The notes under the pieces are model-generated. The model saw nothing but the letters and a program-made list of their open reading frames with translations, ran no database searches and was not told the DNA's origin. This document shows positions 27,519-36,787 of a stretch of DNA of 64,000 bases, in pieces. The translations under genes and the position numbers were made by a program. The stretch is from Burkholderiales bacterium (GTDB lineage Bacteria; Pseudomonadota; Gammaproteobacteria; Burkholderiales; SG8-39): the NCBI GenBank assembly GCA_035456405.1, contig DATIDG010000084.1:34321-98320 (forward strand), given 5' to 3'. The stretch's first letter is position 1, and every line of letters begins with the position of its first letter.

Positions 27519-30500
27519 CTAGACGCGCGTGCGGTCGCCGGGTAGCGCCGGCATGCAGTGCCGCAGCCATTGCGCGCTGAGCTTCTCCTGCAGCGAATTC
27601 TGCCGCAAACGCTCCGAGAGCGCGTGGAAGTCCACGCAGTCGAGCGGCTGGTCCTGATTGAAGCACGAGAACACGTAGCTCGTCACGCCCGTCTGCGGAT
27701 CGCGGTGCGGCTGCAGACACTGGGCGCAGATCTCCTTCAGCATGCACTGCATCGGCGAGTTGATCGAGCCGATCGCGAAATGGTGCGGCTTCAGATGGGG
27801 CTGGAGCACCGCGTGCCGTGCGCGCGCCACCGCGGCCATCATGCGGTCGGACCCGATGGCGATGATCCGGTCGGCATCCTCCATCTTGAGCGTCGTCGCG
27901 CCCAGGCGCCCGGAGGCGTACGCCTCCATCGCCTGCACGATGTTCCCGACGAATGCGAGGTCCTGCGGGCGGCCCGGCTCGAAGCCGGGTGCCTCGTCGC
28001 AGCACCAGATCACGACGTCGGCCGCCGCCTCGATCTCCTCGACCTTGTAGCGGTCGATGATCCGCTTGTAGCCGGCGAAGTAGAGCACCTTCGAACCCTT
28101 GGCGCGGAACGCCTGGCCGATCGAGAACAGCACCGCGTTGCCGAGCCCGCCGCCGGCGAAAATGACCGTCTCGCCGGCCTCGATGTGCGTCGGGCTGCCG
28201 GTTGGGCCCATCAGCACGATCGGCTCGCCGGGGCGGAGGATCGCGCACAGATCGCTCGAGCCGCCCATCTCGAGCACGATGGTCGACACCAGGCCCCGCA
28301 CGCGGTCGACCCACGCGCCGGTCAGCGCGAGGCCTTCCATCTGCAGGCGCGTCCCCTCGGCTTCCGGCGACAGCGCCTCGAAGTTCTGCAGGCGGTAGAA
28401 CTGGCCCGGCTGGAAGCGGCGCGCGGCGGCGGGCGCCTTGACAATCACCTCGACGATGGTCGGGGTCAGCCGCTTCACTTGGTGCACGGTGGCGCGCAGA
28501 TCCCCCTCGAGCCGGCCGAGGAACGCGGTGTCGGTATCGGCGCTCGCCGGGGCGCGCCGCGCGAGGACGCGCGAGATGACCGGGTAGCCCTGCTTGGTCG
28601 AGCCGAGCGCCTTCACGACGTTACCGAAGAACGACGGGTGCAGGTCGCCGAAATAGGACACGAACCGTCCGTCGGCCAGGCGCGACATGAGCACATCGGG
28701 GCGCGCGGGCTTGGACAGCGAGAACTCCGGCTTCACCGGGTTGCCGTCCTCGTCGCAAGCGCGGAAGTATTTTCCGTCGAGCTGGAAGTGCGCCGCGTCC
28801 TCGCGCGCGAGGACCGTGTTCGGCTGGGTGCCCGCGGCGACGAACACGGTGCACGCCGGCAGGCGCAGCTCGCCCGCGCTCACCCACTTTCCGTCCGCAC
28901 CGCGCGTCTGGCGCTTGAAGCGGATGCCGCTCGCAGCGCCGTAGTCGTCGATCTCCACGGCTAGCGGCGTCAGTCCCTCGGCGAAGACGATTCCCTCCTC
29001 GAGGGCCTTCTCCACTTCCTCGTGATTGAGCGTGTACGACGGGCTGTCGACCAGGCGCCGCCGGTATCCGATCGTCACACCGCCCCAGTGGCGCAGCAGC
29101 TCGGCGATGCGCGGCGCGCGCCCCTCGTTCGCCGCCTTGCGGCGCTCGGAGCGGATCGCCCGTGCATGCGACAGGAATTCCTCGGCGATCTCGCGCTCCT
29201 CCGGGTTCCACTTGTCCCGGATCGCGTCGTGACCGAGCTCGGCGGCGAGCGCCTCGTGGCGCTCGAGGAACTTCTCGACCTGGACCACGTAGTACGCGAG
29301 CGACTCGGTGGCGGTGTCGATTGCCGTGAGCCCGCCGCCGATGACGACCACCGGCAGCCGCAGCTGCATGTTCGCGATCGAGTCGCGCTTCGCCGCGCCG
29401 GTCAGCTGCAGGGCCATGAGGAAATCGGAAGCGGTGCGCACGCCGCGCGCGAGCCCGTTCGGGATGTCGAGCGTGGTCGGCTTGCCGGCGCCCATGCAGA
29501 GCGCGACGTGATCGAAGCCCGCCGCGAAGGCGTCCTCGAGCGTGATCGTACCGCCGAAGCGCACCCCGCCGAACAGCGCGAACTCGCTCCTGCGCTGCAG
29601 GAGCAGGCGGATCAGCTTGAGGAAGTTCTTGTCCCAGCGGACGGTGATGCCGTACTCGGCGACGCCGCCGAAGCCGGCCATCGCGCGCTCGTCGAGCGGC
29701 TCGTACAGGCTCATCGCGTCGCGGATCGGCTCGAAGCGGACGCGCCCGCCGTCCGGACGCACCCCAGACAGCTCGCCCGCCAGCGGCTCGATCTTGAGAC
29801 CGTCGATGCCGACCACGGTGTGCCCGTCATTCATGAGGTGGTGCGCGAGGCTGAATCCGGCCGGACCCATGCCGACGACCAGCACGCGCCGGCCGGTGGC
29901 GGGGAGCGGCAGCGGGTGGCGGACGTTCAGCGGGTTCCACCGGGTGAGCAGGCTGTAGATCTCGAAGCCCCAGGGCAGCAGCAACACGTCCTTCAGCGTG
30001 CGCGTCTCGACCTGGGGGATGTCGACCGGCTCCTGCTTCTGGTAGATGCAGGCCTTCATGCAGTCGTTGCAGATCCGGTGGCCGGTCGCCGCGACCATCG
30101 GGTTGTCGACGGTGATGATGGCAAGCGCGGCGATCGCGAGACCTTGCGTCTTCGCAGTGTGGAACTCGGAGATTTTCTCGTCGAGGGGACAGCCGGCGAG
30201 GGTGACTCCGAACACGCTCTTCTTGTAGACGACTCGCTCGGGCGCCTGGGCCGGCGGCTTGTCGCGGAGGCCCTTCGAGCACGAATCCTTGCCCTGGGTA
30301 TGGCACCAGATGCAGTAGTTCGCCTGGTCGAGCGCGCCCACCAGGCCGGTGCCCGGATCGGTCAGTTTGAAGCCTTCGCGCCGCCGGAGATGGTCGGGCT
30401 TGATTCGGAAGGCGGGCGCGTCATGCAGGTCGAACTGCTCCGCATGCACCAGCAGGTGGTACGGATCGGTCTTTGCGGGGGCCTTGAACAGCACGCCCGT

Positions 30501-31037
30501 GCGCACGTGCTCGCGCCCCTCTTCGGTGTGCAGCGCCCAGGCCGCATAGCGTAGCGCCAGGTCGAGCTCGCGCTGACGGTCCGCCTCATGCGCCAGCCAA
30601 CGCGTCACGTACTGGGCGTAGGTCAGCTCGTCGAAGCGCCCGCCGAACATGCGGCGCAACTCGCGCTCGAGCGCCGGACCGTCGAGCGCCTGCGCTTCCT
30701 CGGGCTTGATCTTGGTCGCGGCCCGGCGCTGCACGAACTGGCGCTTGACCGAATAGAGCGGGGCGCTCTCGTCGTGGCGCCGCGCGAGCGCGAGGCACTC
30801 GTCCGCGATGCCGAAGAGCTGCGACACGAAGCGTTCTAGATGGGGCGCGAGCGCGAGGATCAGCGCCGACTCGTCCTTGGGCGCGACCGCGTCGGGGGCC
30901 GCGCGCGCCGCGACGAGGCGCGCGGCGAGCGGAGAGTCGGCGTTCGCGAGGAAGTCGAGGAAGTGCCTGTCCAGCCGGACAAGGCCTTCGCGCCGGTAGA
31001 GATCCTCGAAGGCGAGCCCGTGCGGGAGCTTCAGCAT
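27519..31037 (-). CDS. Large fused flavo-iron-sulfur oxidoreductase (GltD/NfnB-like plus PyrK/NfnA-like domains)
   Basis: Fe-S region CIWCH..CS...GCP...ICNDCMKAC, FAD GMGPAG, NAD(P) IGGGLTAIDT, then FNR-like FQPGQFYRLQ, MGPTG, AGGGLGNA and 2Fe-2S QCMLKEICAQC...SC. Confidence 0.85.
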   Translation of the reverse strand: MLKLPHGLAFEDLYRREGLVRLDRHFLDFLANADSPLAARLVAARAAPDAVAPKDESALILALAPHLERFVSQLFGIADECLALARRHDESAPLYSVKRQFVQRRAATKIKPEEAQALDGPALERELRRMFGGRFDELTYAQYVTRWLAHEADRQRELDLALRYAAWALHTEEGREHVRTGVLFKAPAKTDPYHLLVHAEQFDLHDAPAFRIKPDHLRRREGFKLTDPGTGLVGALDQANYCIWCHTQGKDSCSKGLRDKPPAQAPERVVYKKSVFGVTLAGCPLDEKISEFHTAKTQGLAIAALAIITVDNPMVAATGHRICNDCMKACIYQKQEPVDIPQVETRTLKDVLLLPWGFEIYSLLTRWNPLNVRHPLPLPATGRRVLVVGMGPAGFSLAHHLMNDGHTVVGIDGLKIEPLAGELSGVRPDGGRVRFEPIRDAMSLYEPLDERAMAGFGGVAEYGITVRWDKNFLKLIRLLLQRRSEFALFGGVRFGGTITLEDAFAAGFDHVALCMGAGKPTTLDIPNGLARGVRTASDFLMALQLTGAAKRDSIANMQLRLPVVVIGGGLTAIDTATESLAYYVVQVEKFLERHEALAAELGHDAIRDKWNPEEREIAEEFLSHARAIRSERRKAANEGRAPRIAELLRHWGGVTIGYRRRLVDSPSYTLNHEEVEKALEEGIVFAEGLTPLAVEIDDYGAASGIRFKRQTRGADGKWVSAGELRLPACTVFVAAGTQPNTVLAREDAAHFQLDGKYFRACDEDGNPVKPEFSLSKPARPDVLMSRLADGRFVSYFGDLHPSFFGNVVKALGSTKQGYPVISRVLARRAPASADTDTAFLGRLEGDLRATVHQVKRLTPTIVEVIVKAPAAARRFQPGQFYRLQNFEALSPEAEGTRLQMEGLALTGAWVDRVRGLVSTIVLEMGGSSDLCAILRPGEPIVLMGPTGSPTHIEAGETVIFAGGGLGNAVLFSIGQAFRAKGSKVLYFAGYKRIIDRYKVEEIEAAADVVIWCCDEAPGFEPGRPQDLAFVGNIVQAMEAYASGRLGATTLKMEDADRIIAIGSDRMMAAVARARHAVLQPHLKPHHFAIGSINSPMQCMLKEICAQCLQPHRDPQTGVTSYVFSCFNQDQPLDCVDFHALSERLRQNSLQEKLSAQWLRHCMPALPGDRTRV

Positions 31038-31079
31038 TGCGTGGCGGTCGCGGCGGTCAGCGGCGCCGGCGCGGAAGCG

Positions 31080-31403
31080 TCAACGCTCCAGGAGATCCTT
31101 CTTGCCCTGCACGTCCTTGAACTCCTCGGCCGTGGCAAGGGCGTCCTTCTTGTCAGTGATGACCGGCCATAGCTTGGTGAGCTCGGCGTTCAGCGCGAGC
31201 CACTCCTTCTGGTCCTCCGGCACGTCCTCCTCCGCGTAGATGGCATTGACCGGGCACTCCGGGATGCACACCGCGCAGTCGATGCACTCGTCCGGGTCGA
31301 TGACCAGCATGTTCGGACCCTCGTGAAAGCAGTCGACCGGGCACACATCGACGCAGTCGGTGTACTTGCACTTGATGCAGCTCTCGGTGACGATGTGCGT
31401 CAT
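31080..31403 (-). CDS. fdxA: 7Fe ferredoxin (FdxA / ferredoxin I type)
   Basis: [26 protein letters not shown]...[12 protein letters not shown]. Confidence 0.95.
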   Translation of the reverse strand: MTHIVTESCIKCKYTDCVDVCPVDCFHEGPNMLVIDPDECIDCAVCIPECPVNAIYAEEDVPEDQKEWLALNAELTKLWPVITDKKDALATAEEFKDVQGKKDLLER

Positions 31404-31511
31404 CGCGGTTCCTCGCGGGAGTGCCCGCAAAAGCAAATTATTATACCGGCGCGCGCCGCGCTGCCGGTGTGCACCAGATCAAGCCGTGCAGTCGCCCGGC
31501 GGGCGCCGCAC

Positions 31512-32261
31512 TCAATCGACTTTGGTCTCGTCGCGGTACATCACCTGGTGGCGCTTCTCCCGCACCCACGCGTCGATCTGGTCGGTCGTCATGTGGTTGG
31601 CCGAGTTGAAGCGGTCCCACGACATGATCTCGGGAAGGGTCTTTTTCCAGCGCTTGTAGGGGGCTTTCGCCGGCGGCCCAAAGCAGAAGATGTCGATGAT
31701 CGCGAGGTCATCAGGGATGCCAAGCAGGGGCTTCATGGCCTTCTGGGCGTTCTCCTGCCCGATCGCAGTGACCCACCAGACGTTGTATCCCAGCGCTGCC
31801 GCGGCGAGGTGGGCCGACATGGTCGACGCGGCGACCGACTGCAGCAGGATGCGCTCGGCGTTCTCCTGGTATTGGCGGTCGAGCGCCGAGCCGTCGTTGA
31901 GCACCGGGAAGGCGCGTGTCCAGCGGAAGTCGCTCGCGATCACGATGACCCCGGGCGCGGTCTCGAGCCCGCGATAGTTCGGCGTCGGGAACTTCATGTG
32001 CAGCTTCGCGCGATTGCGCGCCTCGTCGACGAAGTAGTCGGCGATCGCCTTCTTGGTGGCCGCCTCGGTCACCACGACGTAGTGCCAGGGCTGCGCATTG
32101 GCGCCGGAGGGCGCGTGCCGCGCGGCCTCGAGGATGAGTTCGTAGTGCTCGCGCGGGACGACGTAGGACGGGTCGAACTGGCGCGTCGTCATGCGAGTGC
32201 GGATCACGTCCATCAGCGCGTCGTAGCGGGCGCGCTGGTCGTAGCGTGCGGCGGTTTCCAT
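31512..32261 (-). CDS. Nitroreductase-family flavoprotein
   Basis: IRTRMTTRQF, AARHAPSGANAQPWHYVVV and HLAAAALG. Confidence 0.85.
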   Translation of the reverse strand: METAARYDQRARYDALMDVIRTRMTTRQFDPSYVVPREHYELILEAARHAPSGANAQPWHYVVVTEAATKKAIADYFVDEARNRAKLHMKFPTPNYRGLETAPGVIVIASDFRWTRAFPVLNDGSALDRQYQENAERILLQSVAASTMSAHLAAAALGYNVWWVTAIGQENAQKAMKPLLGIPDDLAIIDIFCFGPPAKAPYKRWKKTLPEIMSWDRFNSANHMTTDQIDAWVREKRHQVMYRDETKVD

Positions 32262-32393
32262 GCTGGCCTCCTCGTCGGTTTCCGTGTCGATGATCCGGCT
32301 CCGCGGCCCCCGGCGCAAGCGCCCGTTGAGCCGCCGCTGGTTGTACGTTCGCCGGCCTTCGGCTACAGTCGGCCGACCTCTCGCCGCGTAATC

Positions 32394-33242
32394 ATGAGGA
32401 GCTATCACCGCCCGACCGTGCTGGACGACGCGCTGCGTGCCCGCGCCGCCGGGCCGTGCGCGGTGCTCGCCGGCGGCACCGATTTCTATCCCGCGCGTGT
32501 CGGTCGGACGATCGAGGAGGACGTCCTCGACATCACCGCACTAACCGAGCTGCGCGGCGTGCGCGAGGAGGCAGGGCACTTCCGCATCGGGGCGCTCACG
32601 ACGTGGACCGACCTCCTGGAGGCGACGCTGCCTGCCTGGTTCACTGCAGTGAAGCTCGCGGCGCGGGAGGTCGGCGGTATCCAGATCCAGAACGCCGGCA
32701 CGGTCGCCGGCAACCTGTGCAACGCCTCACCGGCCGCCGACGGTGTCCCGCCGCTGCTCGCGTTCGATGCGAGAGTCGAGCTGCATTCGGTGCGGGGCAC
32801 GCGCACGCTGCCATTGCGCGAGTTCATCCAGGGCAACCGCAAGACTGCCTGCGCGGCCGACGAGTTGCTGACGGCTGTGCTCGTGCCGAAGTGGGGCGAC
32901 CGCGCGCGGTCCACGTTCCTCAAGCTCGGCGCGCGAAAGTACCTCGTCATCTCGATCGCGATGGTGGCCGCAGTCGTCGAGACGGACGCGCAGAGCGTAA
33001 TCGCGCGCTGCGGGATCGCCGTGGGCGCCTGCTCAGCCGCAGCCCAGCGTCTGCACGCGATCGAAGCCGCCCTTGTCGGTCGTACTTTCGCGCCCGGCAT
33101 CGGCGCGGCCGTTCGGCCGGAACACCTTGCCTCGTTGGCGCCGATCACCGACGTCCGCGCCACGGCGGCGTACCGCGCCGACGCCGTCGGGACGCTCGTC
33201 GCCCGCGCGCTGGAAGAGCTTGCGCGTGAACAAGCCGGCTGA
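32394..33242 (+). CDS. Xanthine dehydrogenase-family FAD-binding subunit (nicotinate dehydrogenase-type)
   Basis: LAGGTD, IQNAGTVAGNLCNASPAAD and ITDVRATAAYR. Confidence 0.88.
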   Translation: MRSYHRPTVLDDALRARAAGPCAVLAGGTDFYPARVGRTIEEDVLDITALTELRGVREEAGHFRIGALTTWTDLLEATLPAWFTAVKLAAREVGGIQIQNAGTVAGNLCNASPAADGVPPLLAFDARVELHSVRGTRTLPLREFIQGNRKTACAADELLTAVLVPKWGDRARSTFLKLGARKYLVISIAMVAAVVETDAQSVIARCGIAVGACSAAAQRLHAIEAALVGRTFAPGIGAAVRPEHLASLAPITDVRATAAYRADAVGTLVARALEELAREQAG

Positions 33243-36003
33243 GCTCGAAGGTCGCGCCGCGCAGATCTCGTTCATGCTCAACGGCGTGCCGCGGCGCGTC
33301 GCAGCGCGGCCGTCCGACCGACTGTCCGATGTCCTGCGCGAGTCGCTCGGGCTCACCGGCACGAAGGTCGGCTGCAATGCCGGCGATTGCGGGGCCTGCA
33401 CGGTGCTCGTCGACGGACGCCAGGTCTGCGCCTGCCTGACTGCGGTGGCCCAGGTGGAAGGGCGCACGGTGCAGACCGTCGAGGGGCTGGCGCGCGGCAC
33501 CCGACTCGACCGGCTGCAGCAGGCCTTTCTCGCGCACGGCGCCGCGCAGTGCGGGATCTGCACCCCGGGGATGCTGATGGCGGCGACGAGCCTCCTCGCG
33601 CGCAACGCACATCCGCGCGAGGAAGAGGTGCTCGATGCACTCGGCGGGGTCCTCTGCCGTTGCACCGGCTATCGCAAGATCGTGGAGGCGGTGCTCGCGG
33701 CAGCACGCGGTGATGTGGCGCTCGTGCAGCCGGACGCAGGTGCGGCGGTGGGCGCGCGTGCGCCCAAGACCGACGGCCCGACCAAGGTGACCGGCGCCGA
33801 GCGCTACGGCGCCGACCGCTGGCCCGAGGGGGCGCTCTGGCTGCGGCCGATCCGGTCGCCGCACGAAAAGGCGCGCTTCGAGATCGGCGATCTCGCTCCG
33901 CTGCGGGCGAGATACCCCGGGCTCGTAGACGTCGTGACCGCGCGAGACGTGCCGGTGAACGGCTTCGGAATCTTTCCCGACGTCAAGGACCAGCCGGTGC
34001 TCGCGGAGGGACGCGTGCGCTTCCGCGGCGAGGCGGTGCTCTGCCTCGTCGGCGAGATGAGCGAGGTCTTGCGAATTCCGGAGTCGGAGATTCCGGTCCG
34101 CTGGACGCCCGAGACGCCGCAGACCGAGATTGAAGACGCGCTCGAGCACACCGCCGACCCGCTGCACGCGCGCAATCCAGACAACGTGCTGATCCGCGGG
34201 CGTGTCGCGAAGGGCGACGTCGAGCGGGCCCTCGCGACCGCCGCGCAGGTCGCGGAGGGCGAGTTCACGACGAGCTTCGTCGAGCACGCGTACATCGAGC
34301 CGGAGGCGGGCTTCGCCGAACGCGTCGGCGACCGCATCCGGATCTTCGCCTGCACCCAGACGCCCTACATGGACCGTGAGGAGGTTGCGCGCATCCTCGG
34401 CATCAAGGACACTCAGGTGCATATCGTGCCGTCGGCGGTGGGGGGCGGATTCGGCGGCAAGCTCGACATCTCCATCCAGCCGCTGCTGGCGGTCGCCGCG
34501 TGGAAGCTCAACTGCGCGGTGCGCGGCGCGTACACGCGCCCGGAGTCGATGACGTCGACGACGAAGCGCCATCCTGCGCAGATGAAGGCGCGGTTCGGCT
34601 GCGATCGCGACGGGCGCCTCGTTGCGGCGGATTTCGCCGGTGATTTCAACACCGGTGCGTACGCGTCGTGGGGCAACACGGTCGCCAACCGGGTGCCAAT
34701 CCACGCGTCCGGGCCGTACTACGTCCCGAATGTCCGCGCGCTGACCCGGGCCGTGTACACAAACGGACCGGTCGCCGGCGCGTTCCGCGGCTTCGGCGTG
34801 CCGCAGTCGACCATCGTCCACGAGGCACTGCTCGACGAGCTTGCGGAGTGGGCCGGCATCGACAAGCTCGAGTTCCGCCACCGCAATGCGATTCGCGCGG
34901 GCCAAGCCACGGCGACGGGTCAGGTGCTGAAGGCGAGCGCGGGGCTGGCGCAGTGCCTCGATGCCCTGCGGCCCCGCTGGAAGAGGGCCGTGCTCGGCGC
35001 GGAGGCGTTCAACCACCGCGCCGAGGCGGCCGGCCGGCTGAAAGGCGTGCGGCGGGGCGCCGGGCTCGCGTGCATGTGGTACGGCATCGGCAACACGGTC
35101 ATCGCCAATCCCTCCACGATGCGCGCGGGCCTGCGGCCCGACGGCCGCATCCTGTTCTACAACGGGGCCGTAGACATCGGGCAGGGGTCGAACACGATCC
35201 TCGCCCAGGTCCTGGCGGACGCGCTCGGGCTGCCGATGGCCGCCATCGACTCCGTGATGGGCGACACCGACCTAACCGCCGACGCCGGCAAGACGTCCGC
35301 GTCGCGGCAGGCCTTCGTGTCGGGCAACGCGACGCGCCTCGCGGGTGCCGAGCTGCGGCGGAAGATGATCGCCCTCGCCGAGGCGCGCCCTGACGCCCGG
35401 CTGCGGCTCGAGAGCGGAACGCTCATCGCCACGGATGCCGACGGCGAGCATCGGGTGGACCTCGCCGAGCTGCCGCGCGATCCGCGCGGGGACGTGCTGT
35501 CGGCGGAGGGTCATTTCAATCCGCCCACGGTGCCGCTCGACCAGGACGGGCAGGGTGTGCCGTACGCGACCTACGGGTTCGCCGCGCAGATGGCCGAGGT
35601 GGAAGTCGACCTGGAACTCGGCACCGTAAAGCTGGCGCGCATCGTCGCCGCGCACGACGTCGGCCGCGCGATCAACCCGACCCAGGTCGAAGGGCAGATC
35701 CACGGCGGCATCGCGCAGGGCATCGGGCTCGCGCTCATGGAGGAGTTTCACGCCGGCAGGACCGAGAACCTGCACGACTATCTGATCCCGACGTTCGGCG
35801 ACGTGCCGCCGATCGAGGTGATCCTGGTCGAGGACCCCGAGCCGCTCGGGCCGCATGGTGCTAAGGGGGTGGGGGAGCCGGCGCTGATCCCCACGGCGCC
35901 CGCGATCTTCAATGCGATCCACCACGCGACGCGCGTGCGGCTGCGCCACGCGCCGGCCACGCCCGACCGAATCCGCGCGGCGCTCCTGATGACTCTCGGC
36001 TGA
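33226..36003 (+). CDS. Molybdenum hydroxylase, fused [2Fe-2S] plus molybdopterin subunit (putative nicotinate dehydrogenase)
   Basis: GCNAGDCGACTV, QCGICTPG, LCRCTGY, GGGFGGK, AFRGFG, DIGQGS and KGVGEP; clustered with hnr. Confidence 0.88.
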   Translation: MNKPAELEGRAAQISFMLNGVPRRVAARPSDRLSDVLRESLGLTGTKVGCNAGDCGACTVLVDGRQVCACLTAVAQVEGRTVQTVEGLARGTRLDRLQQAFLAHGAAQCGICTPGMLMAATSLLARNAHPREEEVLDALGGVLCRCTGYRKIVEAVLAAARGDVALVQPDAGAAVGARAPKTDGPTKVTGAERYGADRWPEGALWLRPIRSPHEKARFEIGDLAPLRARYPGLVDVVTARDVPVNGFGIFPDVKDQPVLAEGRVRFRGEAVLCLVGEMSEVLRIPESEIPVRWTPETPQTEIEDALEHTADPLHARNPDNVLIRGRVAKGDVERALATAAQVAEGEFTTSFVEHAYIEPEAGFAERVGDRIRIFACTQTPYMDREEVARILGIKDTQVHIVPSAVGGGFGGKLDISIQPLLAVAAWKLNCAVRGAYTRPESMTSTTKRHPAQMKARFGCDRDGRLVAADFAGDFNTGAYASWGNTVANRVPIHASGPYYVPNVRALTRAVYTNGPVAGAFRGFGVPQSTIVHEALLDELAEWAGIDKLEFRHRNAIRAGQATATGQVLKASAGLAQCLDALRPRWKRAVLGAEAFNHRAEAAGRLKGVRRGAGLACMWYGIGNTVIANPSTMRAGLRPDGRILFYNGAVDIGQGSNTILAQVLADALGLPMAAIDSVMGDTDLTADAGKTSASRQAFVSGNATRLAGAELRRKMIALAEARPDARLRLESGTLIATDADGEHRVDLAELPRDPRGDVLSAEGHFNPPTVPLDQDGQGVPYATYGFAAQMAEVEVDLELGTVKLARIVAAHDVGRAINPTQVEGQIHGGIAQGIGLALMEEFHAGRTENLHDYLIPTFGDVPPIEVILVEDPEPLGPHGAKGVGEPALIPTAPAIFNAIHHATRVRLRHAPATPDRIRAALLMTLG

Positions 36004-36004
36004 G

Positions 36005-36784
36005 ATGGCAGGACGCTCTCCGATCGCCCTCGTGACCGGCGCCCGGCGCGGCATCGGCCGCGGCATCGCGTATGCGCTGGCCGACGCCGGCTTCGATCTC
36101 GTCGTCAACGACGCAATCGACGACACTGCGGCGCGTGAGACGCTCGAGGCGGTCCGCAGCAGGGGGCGGCGCGCGACGTTCGTGCAGGGCTCGATCGCCG
36201 ATCTCGCCGGTCATGCGCGACTCGTGGAGCAGGCGTTTGGCGCCTACGGCGCGCTCGACTGCCTCGTGAACAATGCCGGCATCCAGGTCAAGGTGCGCGG
36301 CGACATCCTGGACGTGACGCAGGAGAGCTTCGACGAGCTGCTGGCGGTGAACCTGCGCGGCACTTTCTTCCTGACCCAGACGGTCGCGAAACGGATGTTG
36401 GCCGAATCGCGTTCGGTGGGCGACCCGTCGCGCTCGATCCTGACGGTCTCCTCCGTGAACGCGCGCATCGCCGGGCCGAACCGGGCGGAGTACTGCATCG
36501 CGAAGACCGGGCTCACGATGATGAACCAGCTCTTCGCCTTGCGGCTCGCGGATGCGGGCATCATGTGCTTCGAGATCCGGCCGGGCATCATTCGCACCGA
36601 CATGACCGCCCCTGCGAAGGAGCGCTACGATAAGCTGATCGCCGAGGGCTTCACGCCGGTCCGGCGCTGGGGCGAGCCCGCCGACGTCGGTCGCACCGTT
36701 GCGGCACTTGCGAGCGGCGCGCTCCCGTTCAACACCGGCGACGCGTTCCACGTCGACGGCGGGCTGCACATCCAGCATTTCTGA
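36005..36784 (+). CDS. SDR oxidoreductase (3-oxoacyl-ACP reductase-like)
   Basis: TGARRGIG, NNAG and YCIAK. Confidence 0.85.
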   Translation: MAGRSPIALVTGARRGIGRGIAYALADAGFDLVVNDAIDDTAARETLEAVRSRGRRATFVQGSIADLAGHARLVEQAFGAYGALDCLVNNAGIQVKVRGDILDVTQESFDELLAVNLRGTFFLTQTVAKRMLAESRSVGDPSRSILTVSSVNARIAGPNRAEYCIAKTGLTMMNQLFALRLADAGIMCFEIRPGIIRTDMTAPAKERYDKLIAEGFTPVRRWGEPADVGRTVAALASGALPFNTGDAFHVDGGLHIQHF

Positions 36785-36787
36785 GCC

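Noticed and set aside
27519..31037. Glutamate synthase small subunit (gltD)
   Set aside because: There is no gltB nearby, and the protein is over twice GltD length with an additional FNR/2Fe-2S module.
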